Positions 10,057-21,098 of a stretch of 64,000 nucleotides of DNA are shown in pieces; within the stretch, counting starts at the first letter, position 1; every line of letters starts with the position of its first letter. The position numbers were made by a program, and so were the translations under genes. The notes below the pieces were generated by a model. That model was given only the letters and a program-made list of their open reading frames with translations. It was not told where the DNA came from and did not search any database. The DNA is from Candidatus Magasanikiibacteriota bacterium (GTDB lineage: Bacteria > Patescibacteriota > Patescibacteriia > Magasanikbacterales > UBA922). Location of the stretch: the NCBI GenBank assembly GCA_003482855.1, contig DMXO01000003.1, positions 16,275-80,274 of the forward strand, written 5' to 3'.

Positions 10057-11097
10057 TTACCGAAGATACCTGTTTACATTCACATTGTGTTCTTCCAACG
10101 TCTTTGCATATTTTACTTCTCCTTCTGGAGTGGTAAGAAAATACCAATAGTCATTTGGCGTGGGATACATAGCAGCCATAATTGATTCAAAACTTGGATT
10201 GCTAATTGGTCCAAGAGGTAGCCCAGGATATTTGTATGTATTCCATGGTGACAGCGAATCTCGATCTTCTTTGGTTGTGAATACATTGCCCTTCTTCCCC
10301 ACTGCGTAATGCACCGTAGAATCTGCCTGAAGCGCCCAATTCAAATCATAACGACGCCAGAATAAATCCGAAACCACTTTTTTATTTTTTTCTCCTCTCA
10401 CTTCACGCTCGAGCAAACTAGCGACAGTGATGACTTCATATACACTTCTACCCGATGCTTCAATGTCAGCATACATCTCTTCGGTAAATTGTGAATCCCT
10501 ATGTTGTACCAATTTGGAAACAATGTCAGTGATACTCGCATCTTTGAAAACTCTAAATGTATCCGGAGACAAATATCCCTCAAGACCAAAATAATCAGAT
10601 TTATCTTGAAGCACTAAGACATCATCAAAAGGTTGTGGAGCATATTGCCCTGCTGCTTTATAATTGTATGCGGGTAAACCAACAACATCATAAAATTCAG
10701 TTGAACTTGCAATACCTTCTTGCTCGAAATACTCAGCGATATCACGAAGATCCCAACCAGGAATGATAGTGATCGTCCGTTCGCCCACCCCCGGAAGCAG
10801 AAGAGTATTGGCTACACGCGCTATAGTAATCGGCGCGTCTACTTCATAATCACCCTGTTGTATTTTTCTGTCTATTCCTTTCCAAATCAAATATCGACGA
10901 AATAGCCATGCGTTCCTCACAACTTGTTCATCAGCGAGGCGCTTCGTCATTGCACTCACATCTTCACCATTTTTTATCTGGAATGAAACTTTCTCAACTT
11001 TTTGCGCCTCGGCTGTATATATTTCTGAATAAAAAAACCACACACCAACAACAAGGCAGAATATGATGATAAAAAACATTATCTTTTTCATGTTCAT
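10057..11097 (-). CDS. mltG: endolytic murein transglycosylase MltG (YceG-like)
   Basis: N-terminal TM segment plus YceG domain. 346 aa. Confidence 0.8.
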   Translation of the reverse strand: MNMKKIMFFIIIFCLVVGVWFFYSEIYTAEAQKVEKVSFQIKNGEDVSAMTKRLADEQVVRNAWLFRRYLIWKGIDRKIQQGDYEVDAPITIARVANTLLLPGVGERTITIIPGWDLRDIAEYFEQEGIASSTEFYDVVGLPAYNYKAAGQYAPQPFDDVLVLQDKSDYFGLEGYLSPDTFRVFKDASITDIVSKLVQHRDSQFTEEMYADIEASGRSVYEVITVASLLEREVRGEKNKKVVSDLFWRRYDLNWALQADSTVHYAVGKKGNVFTTKEDRDSLSPWNTYKYPGLPLGPISNPSFESIMAAMYPTPNDYWYFLTTPEGEVKYAKTLEEHNVNVNRYLR

Positions 11098-11107
11098 AAC
11101 ACACTAT

Positions 11108-11217
11108 AAATTCACCTAAATTACAATTCACCTAATTCATCTAATAAAAATTAAAAGGCAAAATTATGATTTTGGTATTTGGAATTTTGTTAGGTGAATT
11201 AGAAATTAGGTGAATTA
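11108..11217. repeat. MITE-like intergenic element, copy 2 (inverted relative to copy 1)
   Basis: aaattcacctaaattacaattcacctaa ... ttaggtgaattagaaattaggtgaatt. The core is the reverse complement of the copy-1 core, with about 3 mismatches over ~45 nt. Confidence 0.6.
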
Positions 11218-11223
11218 AAAATT

Positions 11224-12276
11224 CTACAAATACTTCCCCTTCCCCTCTCCTTCTATTTTTTTAAGTAACTCTTTCACACGTGGTACATCATCTTTGTGAC
11301 ACACAAGAAGAGCATCCTTGGTATTTACAACCATCATACCCTTGAGTCCAATAGTCGCTACGAGACGATGGTCATCTTCATTCAAGATAAAACAATCTTT
11401 TGACTCAAGATCTATGACATGACCTTTTTCAAAATTTTTCTGTTCATCACTCACAAGTGCCTCTTTGAGCGCATAGAGTGTGCCGGGATCGCTCCATCCC
11501 AAATCAACTTTAAGTACAATAGCTTGGTCTCCATACACATGCTCAACAATTGCGTTATCAAATGATATGGCTTCAAGATGCTCGTATGCGGTATGTATGT
11601 CACTGACACCGCTCACAATATCTTCAAGTGCCATATACATCTTGGGCTGGTACTTACGATACAAGCCCAATACAAAATCGATATCGAATACAAAATAACC
11701 AGGATTCCACATCCACTCACCCGATTCAAACATTTCTTGGCAACGCAATAATTCGGGTCTGTATTTCCACTCTTTGAATGCATACAGTTCTCCATCTATT
11801 CGTTCGCCAAGACGTATCCATCCCAAATTATGATTTGCAAAACGAGGTTGTTCACCCAAAAATACAAATCTATGTGGATTTTCTTGTATCAAATTCTCTG
11901 CCTTCGTGAGTGCATCACGAAAACGATCAGGGTGACGCATAAAATGATCCGCCCATAACATAGCTATAGTACCAGAAATACCCTGTTGTTTGAGCCGCAT
12001 GAGGGAGAGACCAACCGCAGCAGCCAAATCTCGTCGTGCCGGTTCTCCAAAAATATTCGCTCGCGGTACTTCAGGTACTTGCCCACATACCATATTTACA
12101 TATCTATTGTTGGTAGAAATATAAATATGTTTGAAGCCAAATTCTTCAATACGTTCAACAGCCATCTGCAACGTCGATTTATTATCTTTTAATACTTCAA
12201 ACTGTTTGGGGCTCGACTCACGGCTCAGTGGCCAGAGACGTGTGCCAGATCCACCAGCGAAGATGAGAATAGTCAT
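11224..12276 (-). CDS. mannose-1-phosphate guanylyltransferase (NDP-sugar pyrophosphorylase)
   Basis: GGSGTRLWPLSR nucleotidyltransferase signature. Confidence 0.75.
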   Translation of the reverse strand: MTILIFAGGSGTRLWPLSRESSPKQFEVLKDNKSTLQMAVERIEEFGFKHIYISTNNRYVNMVCGQVPEVPRANIFGEPARRDLAAAVGLSLMRLKQQGISGTIAMLWADHFMRHPDRFRDALTKAENLIQENPHRFVFLGEQPRFANHNLGWIRLGERIDGELYAFKEWKYRPELLRCQEMFESGEWMWNPGYFVFDIDFVLGLYRKYQPKMYMALEDIVSGVSDIHTAYEHLEAISFDNAIVEHVYGDQAIVLKVDLGWSDPGTLYALKEALVSDEQKNFEKGHVIDLESKDCFILNEDDHRLVATIGLKGMMVVNTKDALLVCHKDDVPRVKELLKKIEGEGKGKYL

Positions 12277-12329
12277 AAAATAAACAAAAATAAATTACAA
12301 AATATAAATGTGCACAAAATCCGAATATC

Positions 12330-12419
12330 GAAATACGAAACAATAATAAAATTCTAAATTCAAATGTTTAAAACTTTTTGAAAATTCGAATTTGTTTCGA
12401 ATTTCGTATTTCGAATTTT
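12330..12419. repeat. imperfect inverted repeat (ccgaatatcgaaatacgaaacaa / ttgtttcgaatttcgtatttcgaa)
   Basis: Shared tcgaaatacgaaa units in the intergenic region. A related aatttcgaaatt palindrome lies at 13025-13040. Confidence 0.35.
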
Positions 12420-12433
12420 TGTCCTTATATATT

Positions 12434-13024
12434 TTAAAAAAATAATCCGATAACATTATACATCGGCTGGGTCACATACTCCAATAACCATGGTGCACCA
12501 AGTGCAAATACAACTGCAAGGAATAAACCACCAACAATATCCCGAGGATAATGAACTCCCACATATACACGTCCATATGCCACGAGCATCGCAAGCACAA
12601 TCAACAAACCGCTAAGTACTAAAGGCGCACCAATATGTATGGTAATCAAAGCAAAAATAAAGGAAAAAATAGTATGATCAGATGGAAACGATTTCCACGA
12701 CTCGACAGGCTTCAAAATATATTTTATATGAGGAAATTCGATATATGGACGTGGATGTCTCCACAAAAGTGCGATGCCATAACTCAATATTTCTGCCAAA
12801 ACTAACCCAGTCAAAAGCAATTTGATGAAACCAACAAATAAATCGGGTTGTTCATCCACGAGAGAAAAGGCACCCCACCACATAGCCATGATACCAATAA
12901 TATAAATAAGCCAATGTGCACAAAAATACATGAGGCCGTCGACCCATTTTCGTTTGCCAACTTGGGCATTTACTCTAAAAAATAATTTATGCGACCAGGA
13001 GAGCTTCATAATTTTTAATTTCAA
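12434..13024 (-). CDS. PAP2-family membrane phosphatase
   Basis: PSDHT and GVHYPRDIVGG (SRxxxxxHxxxD-like) motifs. Multi-TM. Confidence 0.75.
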   Translation of the reverse strand: MKLKIMKLSWSHKLFFRVNAQVGKRKWVDGLMYFCAHWLIYIIGIMAMWWGAFSLVDEQPDLFVGFIKLLLTGLVLAEILSYGIALLWRHPRPYIEFPHIKYILKPVESWKSFPSDHTIFSFIFALITIHIGAPLVLSGLLIVLAMLVAYGRVYVGVHYPRDIVGGLFLAVVFALGAPWLLEYVTQPMYNVIGLFF

Positions 13025-13040
13025 ATTTTGAATTTCGAAA

Positions 13041-14138
13041 TTATTTAATCCATCTAAGATAATTCTCTACAAATTCATCTAAATCCCCATTCAATACAGC
13101 CACATCATCTGTCGTTTCATAGCGCGTACGTAAATCTTTCACCATGTGATAGGGGTGTAAGACATATGATCTTATTTGGTTCCCCCATTCAGGACTTTTG
13201 TATTCGCCACGCAATTTGAGACGCTCTTCTTCTTCTTTTTCTTCCTGCAACTTTTGCAATTTTGATTTAAGAATTTTCAAAGCTGTTTCCTTATTTTGTA
13301 ATTGTGAACGTTCATTTTGACACTGTACTGTGATACCAGTAGGAATATGTACAATACGCACAGCCGAATATGTTGTATTTACACTCTGACCACCTTTGCC
13401 TCCTGACATGAATGTATCGATTCTCAAATCTTTATCTTCTATTTTCACTTCGTCCTCGTCCTCCATTTCAGGAATAACTTCTGTAAGTGCAAAAGAAGTA
13501 TGACGCATCTTCTCTGCATCAAAAGGAGAAATGCGTACGAGTCTATGTGTGCCATGTTCACTTTTGAGATGCCCATATGCATGATTTCCTTCTACACGAA
13601 ATATAATTGATTTTATACCCGCTTCTTGCCCCTTTGTCTCATCAATAATAGTTACTTTCCATTTCTTATTTTCACAATATTTCATATACATACGCAAAAG
13701 CATCTCTGCCCAATCCTGTGCTTCAGTACCGCCCGACCCTGCATGAATCGAAACAATCGCGTTATTTCTATCATGTTTGCCATCCATGAGCGTGTTGAAT
13801 TCCAACTTGCCAACTCGATTACTTACCAACACATATTGTTTCTCAATCTCCTCACGCAAATTTACATCCTTGTCCACCTCATCCATACCCGCCATTTCCA
13901 GCAAATCTCCAACTTCCTTGTTCAGCTTTTCCCATTCACTAATTTCATTTTGCAAGTCTCCCATTTCTTTGCTTATCTTTGTTGCTGTTTCTGAATTATC
14001 CCAAAAACCTGGCTCACTAATTACTTGAGCAAGTTTTTTCACCTTTTCCTGTTTTTCATCCAATTTCAAAATCACACACATATCTGCGAGTTTTTTGGCT
14101 AAATCTTCTAGAGATTTTACTAAATCGTGCATGTCCAT
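13041..14138 (-). CDS. prfB: peptide chain release factor 2
   Basis: GGQ motif (SGGKGGQSVNTT) and the RF2-specific SPF motif. Uninterrupted frame with no programmed frameshift. Confidence 0.9.
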   Translation of the reverse strand: MDMHDLVKSLEDLAKKLADMCVILKLDEKQEKVKKLAQVISEPGFWDNSETATKISKEMGDLQNEISEWEKLNKEVGDLLEMAGMDEVDKDVNLREEIEKQYVLVSNRVGKLEFNTLMDGKHDRNNAIVSIHAGSGGTEAQDWAEMLLRMYMKYCENKKWKVTIIDETKGQEAGIKSIIFRVEGNHAYGHLKSEHGTHRLVRISPFDAEKMRHTSFALTEVIPEMEDEDEVKIEDKDLRIDTFMSGGKGGQSVNTTYSAVRIVHIPTGITVQCQNERSQLQNKETALKILKSKLQKLQEEKEEEERLKLRGEYKSPEWGNQIRSYVLHPYHMVKDLRTRYETTDDVAVLNGDLDEFVENYLRWIK

Positions 14139-14261
14139 ATGGTGAGTTTACCTAGCACAGCCTGAGGGATGAAAACGGAGACGAGCATGTCCGTAATTCG
14201 AAATATGATATATATAATTCTACGTTAGTTAAGGCAAAAATACAATACTAAATACTATTTT

Positions 14262-14352
14262 TTGGCTAAAATTGGCAAAAAAATATGTTTTAAAAAAAAT
14301 CTCATAAAATAAAAAATACTTATTAAAAAAATTGGCTAAAATTAGCAAAAAA
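14262..14352. promoter_or_regulatory. two ~21-bp direct repeats (ttggctaaaattggcaaaaaa / ttggctaaaattagcaaaaaa) 70 bp apart, upstream of the consensus promoter
   Basis: Read directly. Candidate regulator-binding sites or UP-element-like sequences. Confidence 0.4.
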
Positions 14353-14368
14353 CTAACACGAGAAAACC

Positions 14369-14397
14369 TTGACAAAACAGTTTATTTATGATATAAT
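14369..14397 (+). promoter_or_regulatory. sigma70-type promoter with perfect -35 TTGACA, 17-bp spacer and perfect -10 TATAAT
   Basis: ttgaca at 14369-14374 and tataat at 14392-14397. Drives a ~275-nt hairpin-containing leader and the GC-rich ORF at 14673. Confidence 0.55.
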
Positions 14398-14672
14398 TTG
14401 CTGTTTTGTACCTTACAAAAACTGTCTTCGTGTCCACCAATATATGTATATCTTAACGTGTACATATACTGGTTGGCACAAACAGTCAACCTCAAACACT
14501 GTACAACCTGTCTCAGACAGGTTCACATATCACCCAGATCAAACCACCTTTGTGGCGAAGGTGGTGCAGATATCATAAAGAGCGAGAGTTCGAGTGCCTG
14601 ACTGACCCTACTCAACAGTTCCTACACAAACCCAGTCTCCATTGGTGAGACAGCTACGAAAGAGAGGATACG

Positions 14673-17015
14673 ATGAGCGGAACGACGACGCGCAAGATCG
14701 CCGGCATCGCCGGCAAGGACTGGCTCCTCAACGTGACCGGGATGAAGGTGTTCGGCGACTCGCTCCTCACGGAGCGGGTGCGCAAGGAACTCTCCCGGTT
14801 CGCCTGGGTCCTCCTGATCCAGTTGATCGTGGACCTCTGGGTCTGGACCACCCTGTGGTCCTACGCCCTCCCGAGCTCGATGTTCTGGTCCCTGTCGCTC
14901 GGAACGATGTTCGCCCTGTTGATCTTCAAGGTCGACCAGGGCGTCATCACCCACGACACGTCGAGTGACGAGGGACGCCTCCGGCCGATCATCGGCCGAG
15001 CGATCCTCCTGCTCATGATCGCGCTCATCACGGCCCTCGCCGTGGAACTCGGCGTGTTCGCCACGGCCATCGATCGGCGACTCGACCAGCGCGAGAACAT
15101 CGCGGTCACGGAGCTCAAGGAGACCGAGATCGCGAAGATCAACAGCAAGTACCAGAAGCTGATCGACCAGGCGCGTGCCGACGGCACCGAGGCCACGTCC
15201 CACGCCCAGACCACGGGGCAGCAGGACGTTGAGTCCTACAAGTCCCAGCGTGCCACCGAGCGTGCCTCAATCGAGGCCCGGTACGCGGCCGACAAGAAGG
15301 CCATCGAGGACCAGATCGCCGCCGGCGACCAGCGCATCCTCGACGAGACCAAGGGCCGTTTCACCGGTCGCTCGGGCATCGGCCCCATGGTCATCGCGCT
15401 CCAGCAGGAGAAGGAGAAGGCTCTCGGTGAGCTCTCCAAGATCCGCCAGGCCGAGGCCACCGAACTCGGCACCTTCGACACCACTACCGCGGCCTCCATC
15501 GCCTCGCTCGAGAGCAAGCGCGACACCGACACGGCCACGGCCACGACGACCAACAAGGCGAGGGTCGAAGGCCTCCAGATGCAGTGGGAAGACAAGGTGC
15601 AGGAGATCCGCGAGATGAATCGCGACCGATTCGCCACCATCTACGGTGGTGACTGGAAGCAGGATCGCGGCTTCCTCACCAGGTTCCACGCGCTCCAGGA
15701 GATGGCGAGCGAGGACTCGATCATCCAGTGGCTCATCTGGGGCACCCGGCTCCTGATGATGATCATCGGTATGGCCATCCTCATCCTCAAGCTCAGCTCC
15801 AGCCGTGAGTTCGTCAACTACTTCTCCTACCGGGCGCAGATCGCCGCCGGCAACCCCGACGCCACCGCCCACGCGGAAGCAGAAGGGTACAACGACCCCA
15901 CCAACCGCAAGGCACTCGCCTGGCCACCCGAGACCCTCGAGGTCATGGGTGCCCTGCACATGGCGCGACTCAACCTGTGCAAGGCCTGGCGTGCCTGGTG
16001 GCAGCAGGCCGGTGAGACCTGCAAGCAGGACGCAAAGACTGGCCTCTGCCGGTCCCGCGATGACGTCGCCACCCAGCTCCGGCTGGCGTGGAACTTGACC
16101 GTCCAGCCCATGGTCGACGCCCTGGCCACGGCCGAGCGTGAGGTCGAGCTCAACGGCCGCAGCATCCCCCGCTGGGATGAAACGCGCTACCCCGAGCCCG
16201 ACCCCCGCAACATGACCGAACCGTGGGACCTGTCCGACACGCAGCTCCGCGGTCTCGGATGGGAGGACCCCTCCGAGAAGGTCCGTGATGCCCAGGAGGC
16301 CGTGATTCAGCTGCCGGGTCTCTACCGGCAGATCATCGACTTCATGGCGACCATGGACATGGGAACCCGGCGGCAGATCCGCACTGCTCCGGCCACCTCC
16401 CTCCTCGTGCTCGAGGATCGGCGCTTCCAGTTCTACCACACGCAGATGCGTAGGGTCCTGGAGGACATGGAAGATGCCGAGCGCAAGATCGCTTCGACCG
16501 GTCGGCACATGCCCGAGCGTCCCCGCTCCCTGCGGGAGACGGACCAGATCCGGGAGTGCTGGCGGCTCGACCGCCGCACGCTCCGTGACTGGGGCTGGCA
16601 GCAGGACGTGCCCCGCAGCACGCCCCCTGCTCCGGCTCCTGTCCGGACCCCGGCTCCCACGACCACCTCGGCCCCGACCGCCACGCCCCCGGCCCCGCCG
16701 GTGAACACCGTCTCGACGTCGCTGCCCGAGGTCGACATGTCCCTGACCGGTGACGACGCGACCCGCGTCGACATCCGGCCCCCGGCCGAGCTGGCCGACG
16801 AGACGGACGACGAACCCGAATTCGACGTCGGGGCCGATCTCTCGGAAGCCGACACGAACCCGGGGTCGATCCACCCCGACCTCGTCGCCATCCAGACTGA
16901 GGGCGGCAACGGACAGACGCCGCCGGTCAACGGCGATGGCTTCGGCCAGGACGACATGGCGTTCTTCCGCAGCGAGCCGGAGACGGCCACGCCCGGCGAC
17001 AAGCTGGCCAACTAG
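14673..17015 (+). CDS. GC-rich membrane protein (N-terminal TM helices, central coiled coil, third TM, acidic Pro/Thr-rich C-terminal tail); DUF4407-like architecture
   Basis: Codon third positions are almost all G/C in this frame only. AGAGAGGA SD 5 nt upstream. Composition differs sharply from the flanking DNA. Confidence 0.7.
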   Translation: MSGTTTRKIAGIAGKDWLLNVTGMKVFGDSLLTERVRKELSRFAWVLLIQLIVDLWVWTTLWSYALPSSMFWSLSLGTMFALLIFKVDQGVITHDTSSDEGRLRPIIGRAILLLMIALITALAVELGVFATAIDRRLDQRENIAVTELKETEIAKINSKYQKLIDQARADGTEATSHAQTTGQQDVESYKSQRATERASIEARYAADKKAIEDQIAAGDQRILDETKGRFTGRSGIGPMVIALQQEKEKALGELSKIRQAEATELGTFDTTTAASIASLESKRDTDTATATTTNKARVEGLQMQWEDKVQEIREMNRDRFATIYGGDWKQDRGFLTRFHALQEMASEDSIIQWLIWGTRLLMMIIGMAILILKLSSSREFVNYFSYRAQIAAGNPDATAHAEAEGYNDPTNRKALAWPPETLEVMGALHMARLNLCKAWRAWWQQAGETCKQDAKTGLCRSRDDVATQLRLAWNLTVQPMVDALATAEREVELNGRSIPRWDETRYPEPDPRNMTEPWDLSDTQLRGLGWEDPSEKVRDAQEAVIQLPGLYRQIIDFMATMDMGTRRQIRTAPATSLLVLEDRRFQFYHTQMRRVLEDMEDAERKIASTGRHMPERPRSLRETDQIRECWRLDRRTLRDWGWQQDVPRSTPPAPAPVRTPAPTTTSAPTATPPAPPVNTVSTSLPEVDMSLTGDDATRVDIRPPAELADETDDEPEFDVGADLSEADTNPGSIHPDLVAIQTEGGNGQTPPVNGDGFGQDDMAFFRSEPETATPGDKLAN

Positions 17016-17129
17016 ACCAAGCGACGCCACAACGCAAGGTCTATAAAAACGTCCTCTGTGTGACTCACGCAACTACTGCGACACAGATTCAACATACTAG
17101 CCTCCCTACAGGCGTAGTCCCTACTTTCT

Positions 17130-17202
17130 CGTTTGTTTCTCAAACAAACGGTAGGATGACTCGACTAGGAAGGTTGTGCGATTTGCCCCAAACAAATCGC
17201 AC
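17130..17202. other. two adjacent perfect hairpins (cgtttgttt-ctc-aaacaaacg; gtgcgatttg-ccccaaa-caaatcgcac) in a mid-GC spacer
   Basis: 9- and 10-bp perfect stems read directly. Possible tandem terminators or a small structured RNA. Confidence 0.35.
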
Positions 17203-17244
17203 AGCACAGTGATCTTGAAAATATTTTCGAGATTAGTGTGTAAT

Positions 17245-17280
17245 AAAAAACTACTCAATTTGTGAGTAGTTTTTTATTTT
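17245..17280. terminator. bidirectional rho-independent terminator (aaaaaactactca-atttg-tgagtagtttttt)
   Basis: Stem flanked by A- and T-tracts, between the 3' ends of the convergent GC-rich gene and groEL. Confidence 0.6.
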
Positions 17281-17297
17281 AAAATGTTATCTTCTCT

Positions 17298-19022
<1,725 letters not shown>

Positions 19023-19034
19023 CTACCCAAGAAA

Positions 19035-19059
19035 GATCCCTCTCCGCCCTGGGCGGATC
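19035..19059. repeat. GC-rich palindrome (tccgccctgggcgga core) in the groEL-groES spacer, related to the uvrD/aroB in-frame elements
   Basis: Core tccgccc-t-gggcgga compared with tccgcctctggcgga in uvrD. Confidence 0.4.
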
Positions 19060-19074
19060 AGGATGACAGACTGT

Positions 19075-19350
19075 TTACTCTATCACCGCAATCACATCGT
19101 CATGGTTCAAAATCTTGTGTTCTACTCCATCAACATCCACTTCTTCTCCACCCCATTTTTTGAACAAAACTTTCATGCCAGCTTTCAAATCTAATCGAGA
19201 AAGTTTCTTACCATTGCCAAGGGCAATGATTTCTCCCTCCATCTTTTTTTCTTTGTCTACAGTGTCTGGTAATACAATGCCAGACTTAGTCACTTCTTCC
19301 TCCTTCATTGGTTTGACCAATATACGATTGCCGAGTGGTCTTATTGTCAT
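19075..19350 (-). CDS. groS: co-chaperonin GroES
   Basis: MTIRPLGNRILVKP... Start set at the internal Met (19348-19350), giving the canonical ~91 aa. Confidence 0.9.
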   Translation of the reverse strand: MTIRPLGNRILVKPMKEEEVTKSGIVLPDTVDKEKKMEGEIIALGNGKKLSRLDLKAGMKVLFKKWGGEEVDVDGVEHKILNHDDVIAVIE

Positions 19351-19378
19351 ACAAAATATATTAAAATTACTTATTAAT

Positions 19379-19405
19379 TTGTCACTCAATATTATTGAGT
19401 GCTAA
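19379..19405. promoter_or_regulatory. CIRCE operator (HrcA binding site): ttgtCACTC-N9-GAGTGCTAA
   Basis: Matches the consensus TTAGCACTC-N9-GAGTGCTAA with a 9-nt spacer. Lies ~30 nt upstream of the groES start and overlaps the predicted transcription start. Confidence 0.75.
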
Positions 19406-19415
19406 TAACATACAC

Positions 19416-19444
19416 ATATTACTATTACTCAAAAAAGGTGTCAA
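19416..19444 (-). promoter_or_regulatory. groESL promoter: -35 TTGACA, 17-bp spacer, -10 TAATAT (minus strand)
   Basis: Reverse complement of 19416..19444 reads ttgaca-ccttttttgagtaatag-taatat. Confidence 0.5.
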
Positions 19445-19498
19445 GAACCAAAAAATGTGGATATTTTTTAGGCCTCTTTTTTAAAGGTAAATAAAAAA

Positions 19499-19607
19499 CC
19501 CATCATAGGTAGCGGCTTGATGCGGCGACCGCAGATGAAGTTCGTGATGCCTGTCAGTAACACGACCTTCGGGCAAGCGCCGCTTCACGCATGCTACCTA
19601 TGATAGG
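19499..19607. other. GC-rich ~110-nt structured element closed by a 13-14 bp terminal stem (catcataggtagc / gctacctatgat); candidate ncRNA or small MITE
   Basis: A GC-rich block in an AT-rich spacer, containing internal hairpins (tgcgg-cga-ccgca; gaag-u-ucgug…cacga-c-cuuc with a UUCG loop). Confidence 0.3.
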
Positions 19608-19702
19608 TTCTTATGCATTGGGATTCCATTGTACCCTCAAATAGGAAACCTGTCAATTGGCTTATTTTAGCAAAATTTTTAATATTGGGGACAAACAGTG
19701 GA

Positions 19703-21088
19703 TTACCTGTTCAAATGATCTAATGTAAACCGACAAAATAGTCCCCAATATATCCCTGTTACAATTAAACCAATATATGACGAAAAGAGATAATGGTCAA
19801 ACATGGCTAAAATAAGATAAAAAAAACTAAAAATAGTCACCTTATAGAAAAATTGCATATTGTCGACAAACCAACCCATCCTCTTTTTTTTCTGTTGCAC
19901 GAAATAGTACAAAAAAACAATCATTGTCAAATACACACCTACTGCGAGGATACACCCCACCCAACCAACTTCGACAAGCAAGAGAAGCCACATGTTGTGG
20001 ACTGGCTGATATTCCCATCCGGGCCGAGTAGGATTAAGAGTATACAAAGCGTGCGTGTAATTACCTATGCCAGCACCATACCACGTATATATAGTAGACA
20101 ATTTAAATGACTCATCTACTGAGTCGACTCGCTCAGTAATGGATCTAACTTCAGTAATAGACTCTGGAGAAAAACGTGTTTGAAGCATGGGGGAAAAAAT
20201 GACCCCGAGCGAAAGAAAAAGACCGATAATAAAAATAAAATTTGAAGAAACAAAAAAATGTTTCCTAATATACAAACCATGCAAAAACATAATCATCAAA
20301 GCAAAACAAATGCCAATCAATGCGCTCCTGCTAAGGCTTACAAATAAACCAAATAATAAAATAGCAGAAATCAAAAATTGAAATGTATACTGATACCTCT
20401 TGGCGCATATACTTACTATAAACAAAGTGAAACCCCACACTAACGCCATACTCATATAACCACCAAATATATTCGGATGCGAAAAACTACCATATGCGCG
20501 CAGTACCCTGCCTATACTATCTGAAGCAACAATGGATGTACCTGCCTGCCACGCTACGTGAAGCGGTAATCCAAACCATTTAGAAACAAAAGTTTGTTGA
20601 AGAAAAAATTGAAATATGCCAAGTAATGCCGACGGCAAAGCCCCCATGAAAAACCAAAATCCAGACTGACGAAACGTGAGAGGACCTGTGAGTAATAACA
20701 GAAATATAAATATAGATTCCACAATATGAAGCGCTTGTTGCAAAGCAACATCTCTATCCCCTGCCCACATAATAGAGGCAAAACTCCACAGCACAAACAA
20801 TAATAAGGAAAACAAAAATAGTCTGTCAGTGGTAAATTTGAAATTTGTCCCGATTTGATCGGGATGAAATTTGAAATTTTTATGTTTGAATATCCACCCA
20901 ATAAATACAAAAATAATAACCCATAATAGTATCTCTGTGCCATAAAAGCCAAGTGTCCCATACTCCCACTTTACGCTATTTAAAAACTGCTCTTTCGTAA
21001 TCAAGACAGTCTGCCAAGGCAAAACAAATAAAAAAATACTCAAAAGAATTTTGAGTATGTCTTCAATTGTCCATCGGGGTAACGTCAT
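19703..21088 (-). CDS. O-antigen ligase/polymerase-family membrane protein (Wzy_C-like)
   Basis: Polytopic membrane protein with GSFSHPNIFGGY and SLSRSALIG motifs. Confidence 0.7.
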   Translation of the reverse strand: MTLPRWTIEDILKILLSIFLFVLPWQTVLITKEQFLNSVKWEYGTLGFYGTEILLWVIIFVFIGWIFKHKNFKFHPDQIGTNFKFTTDRLFLFSLLLFVLWSFASIMWAGDRDVALQQALHIVESIFIFLLLLTGPLTFRQSGFWFFMGALPSALLGIFQFFLQQTFVSKWFGLPLHVAWQAGTSIVASDSIGRVLRAYGSFSHPNIFGGYMSMALVWGFTLFIVSICAKRYQYTFQFLISAILLFGLFVSLSRSALIGICFALMIMFLHGLYIRKHFFVSSNFIFIIGLFLSLGVIFSPMLQTRFSPESITEVRSITERVDSVDESFKLSTIYTWYGAGIGNYTHALYTLNPTRPGWEYQPVHNMWLLLLVEVGWVGCILAVGVYLTMIVFLYYFVQQKKKRMGWFVDNMQFFYKVTIFSFFYLILAMFDHYLFSSYIGLIVTGIYWGLFCRFTLDHLNR

Positions 21089-21098
21089 ATATAATTAA

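Noticed and set aside
15267-17072. 601-aa minus-strand ORF, and other long ORFs (14622..15203, 14861..15214, 15175..15618, 15236..15640, 16433..17011, 16750..17046) inside the GC-rich block
   Set aside because: They are antisense to or out of frame with the 14673..17015 gene. High-GC DNA produces long stop-free frames, and only the plus-strand frame shows G/C-dominated third positions together with a promoter and SD.
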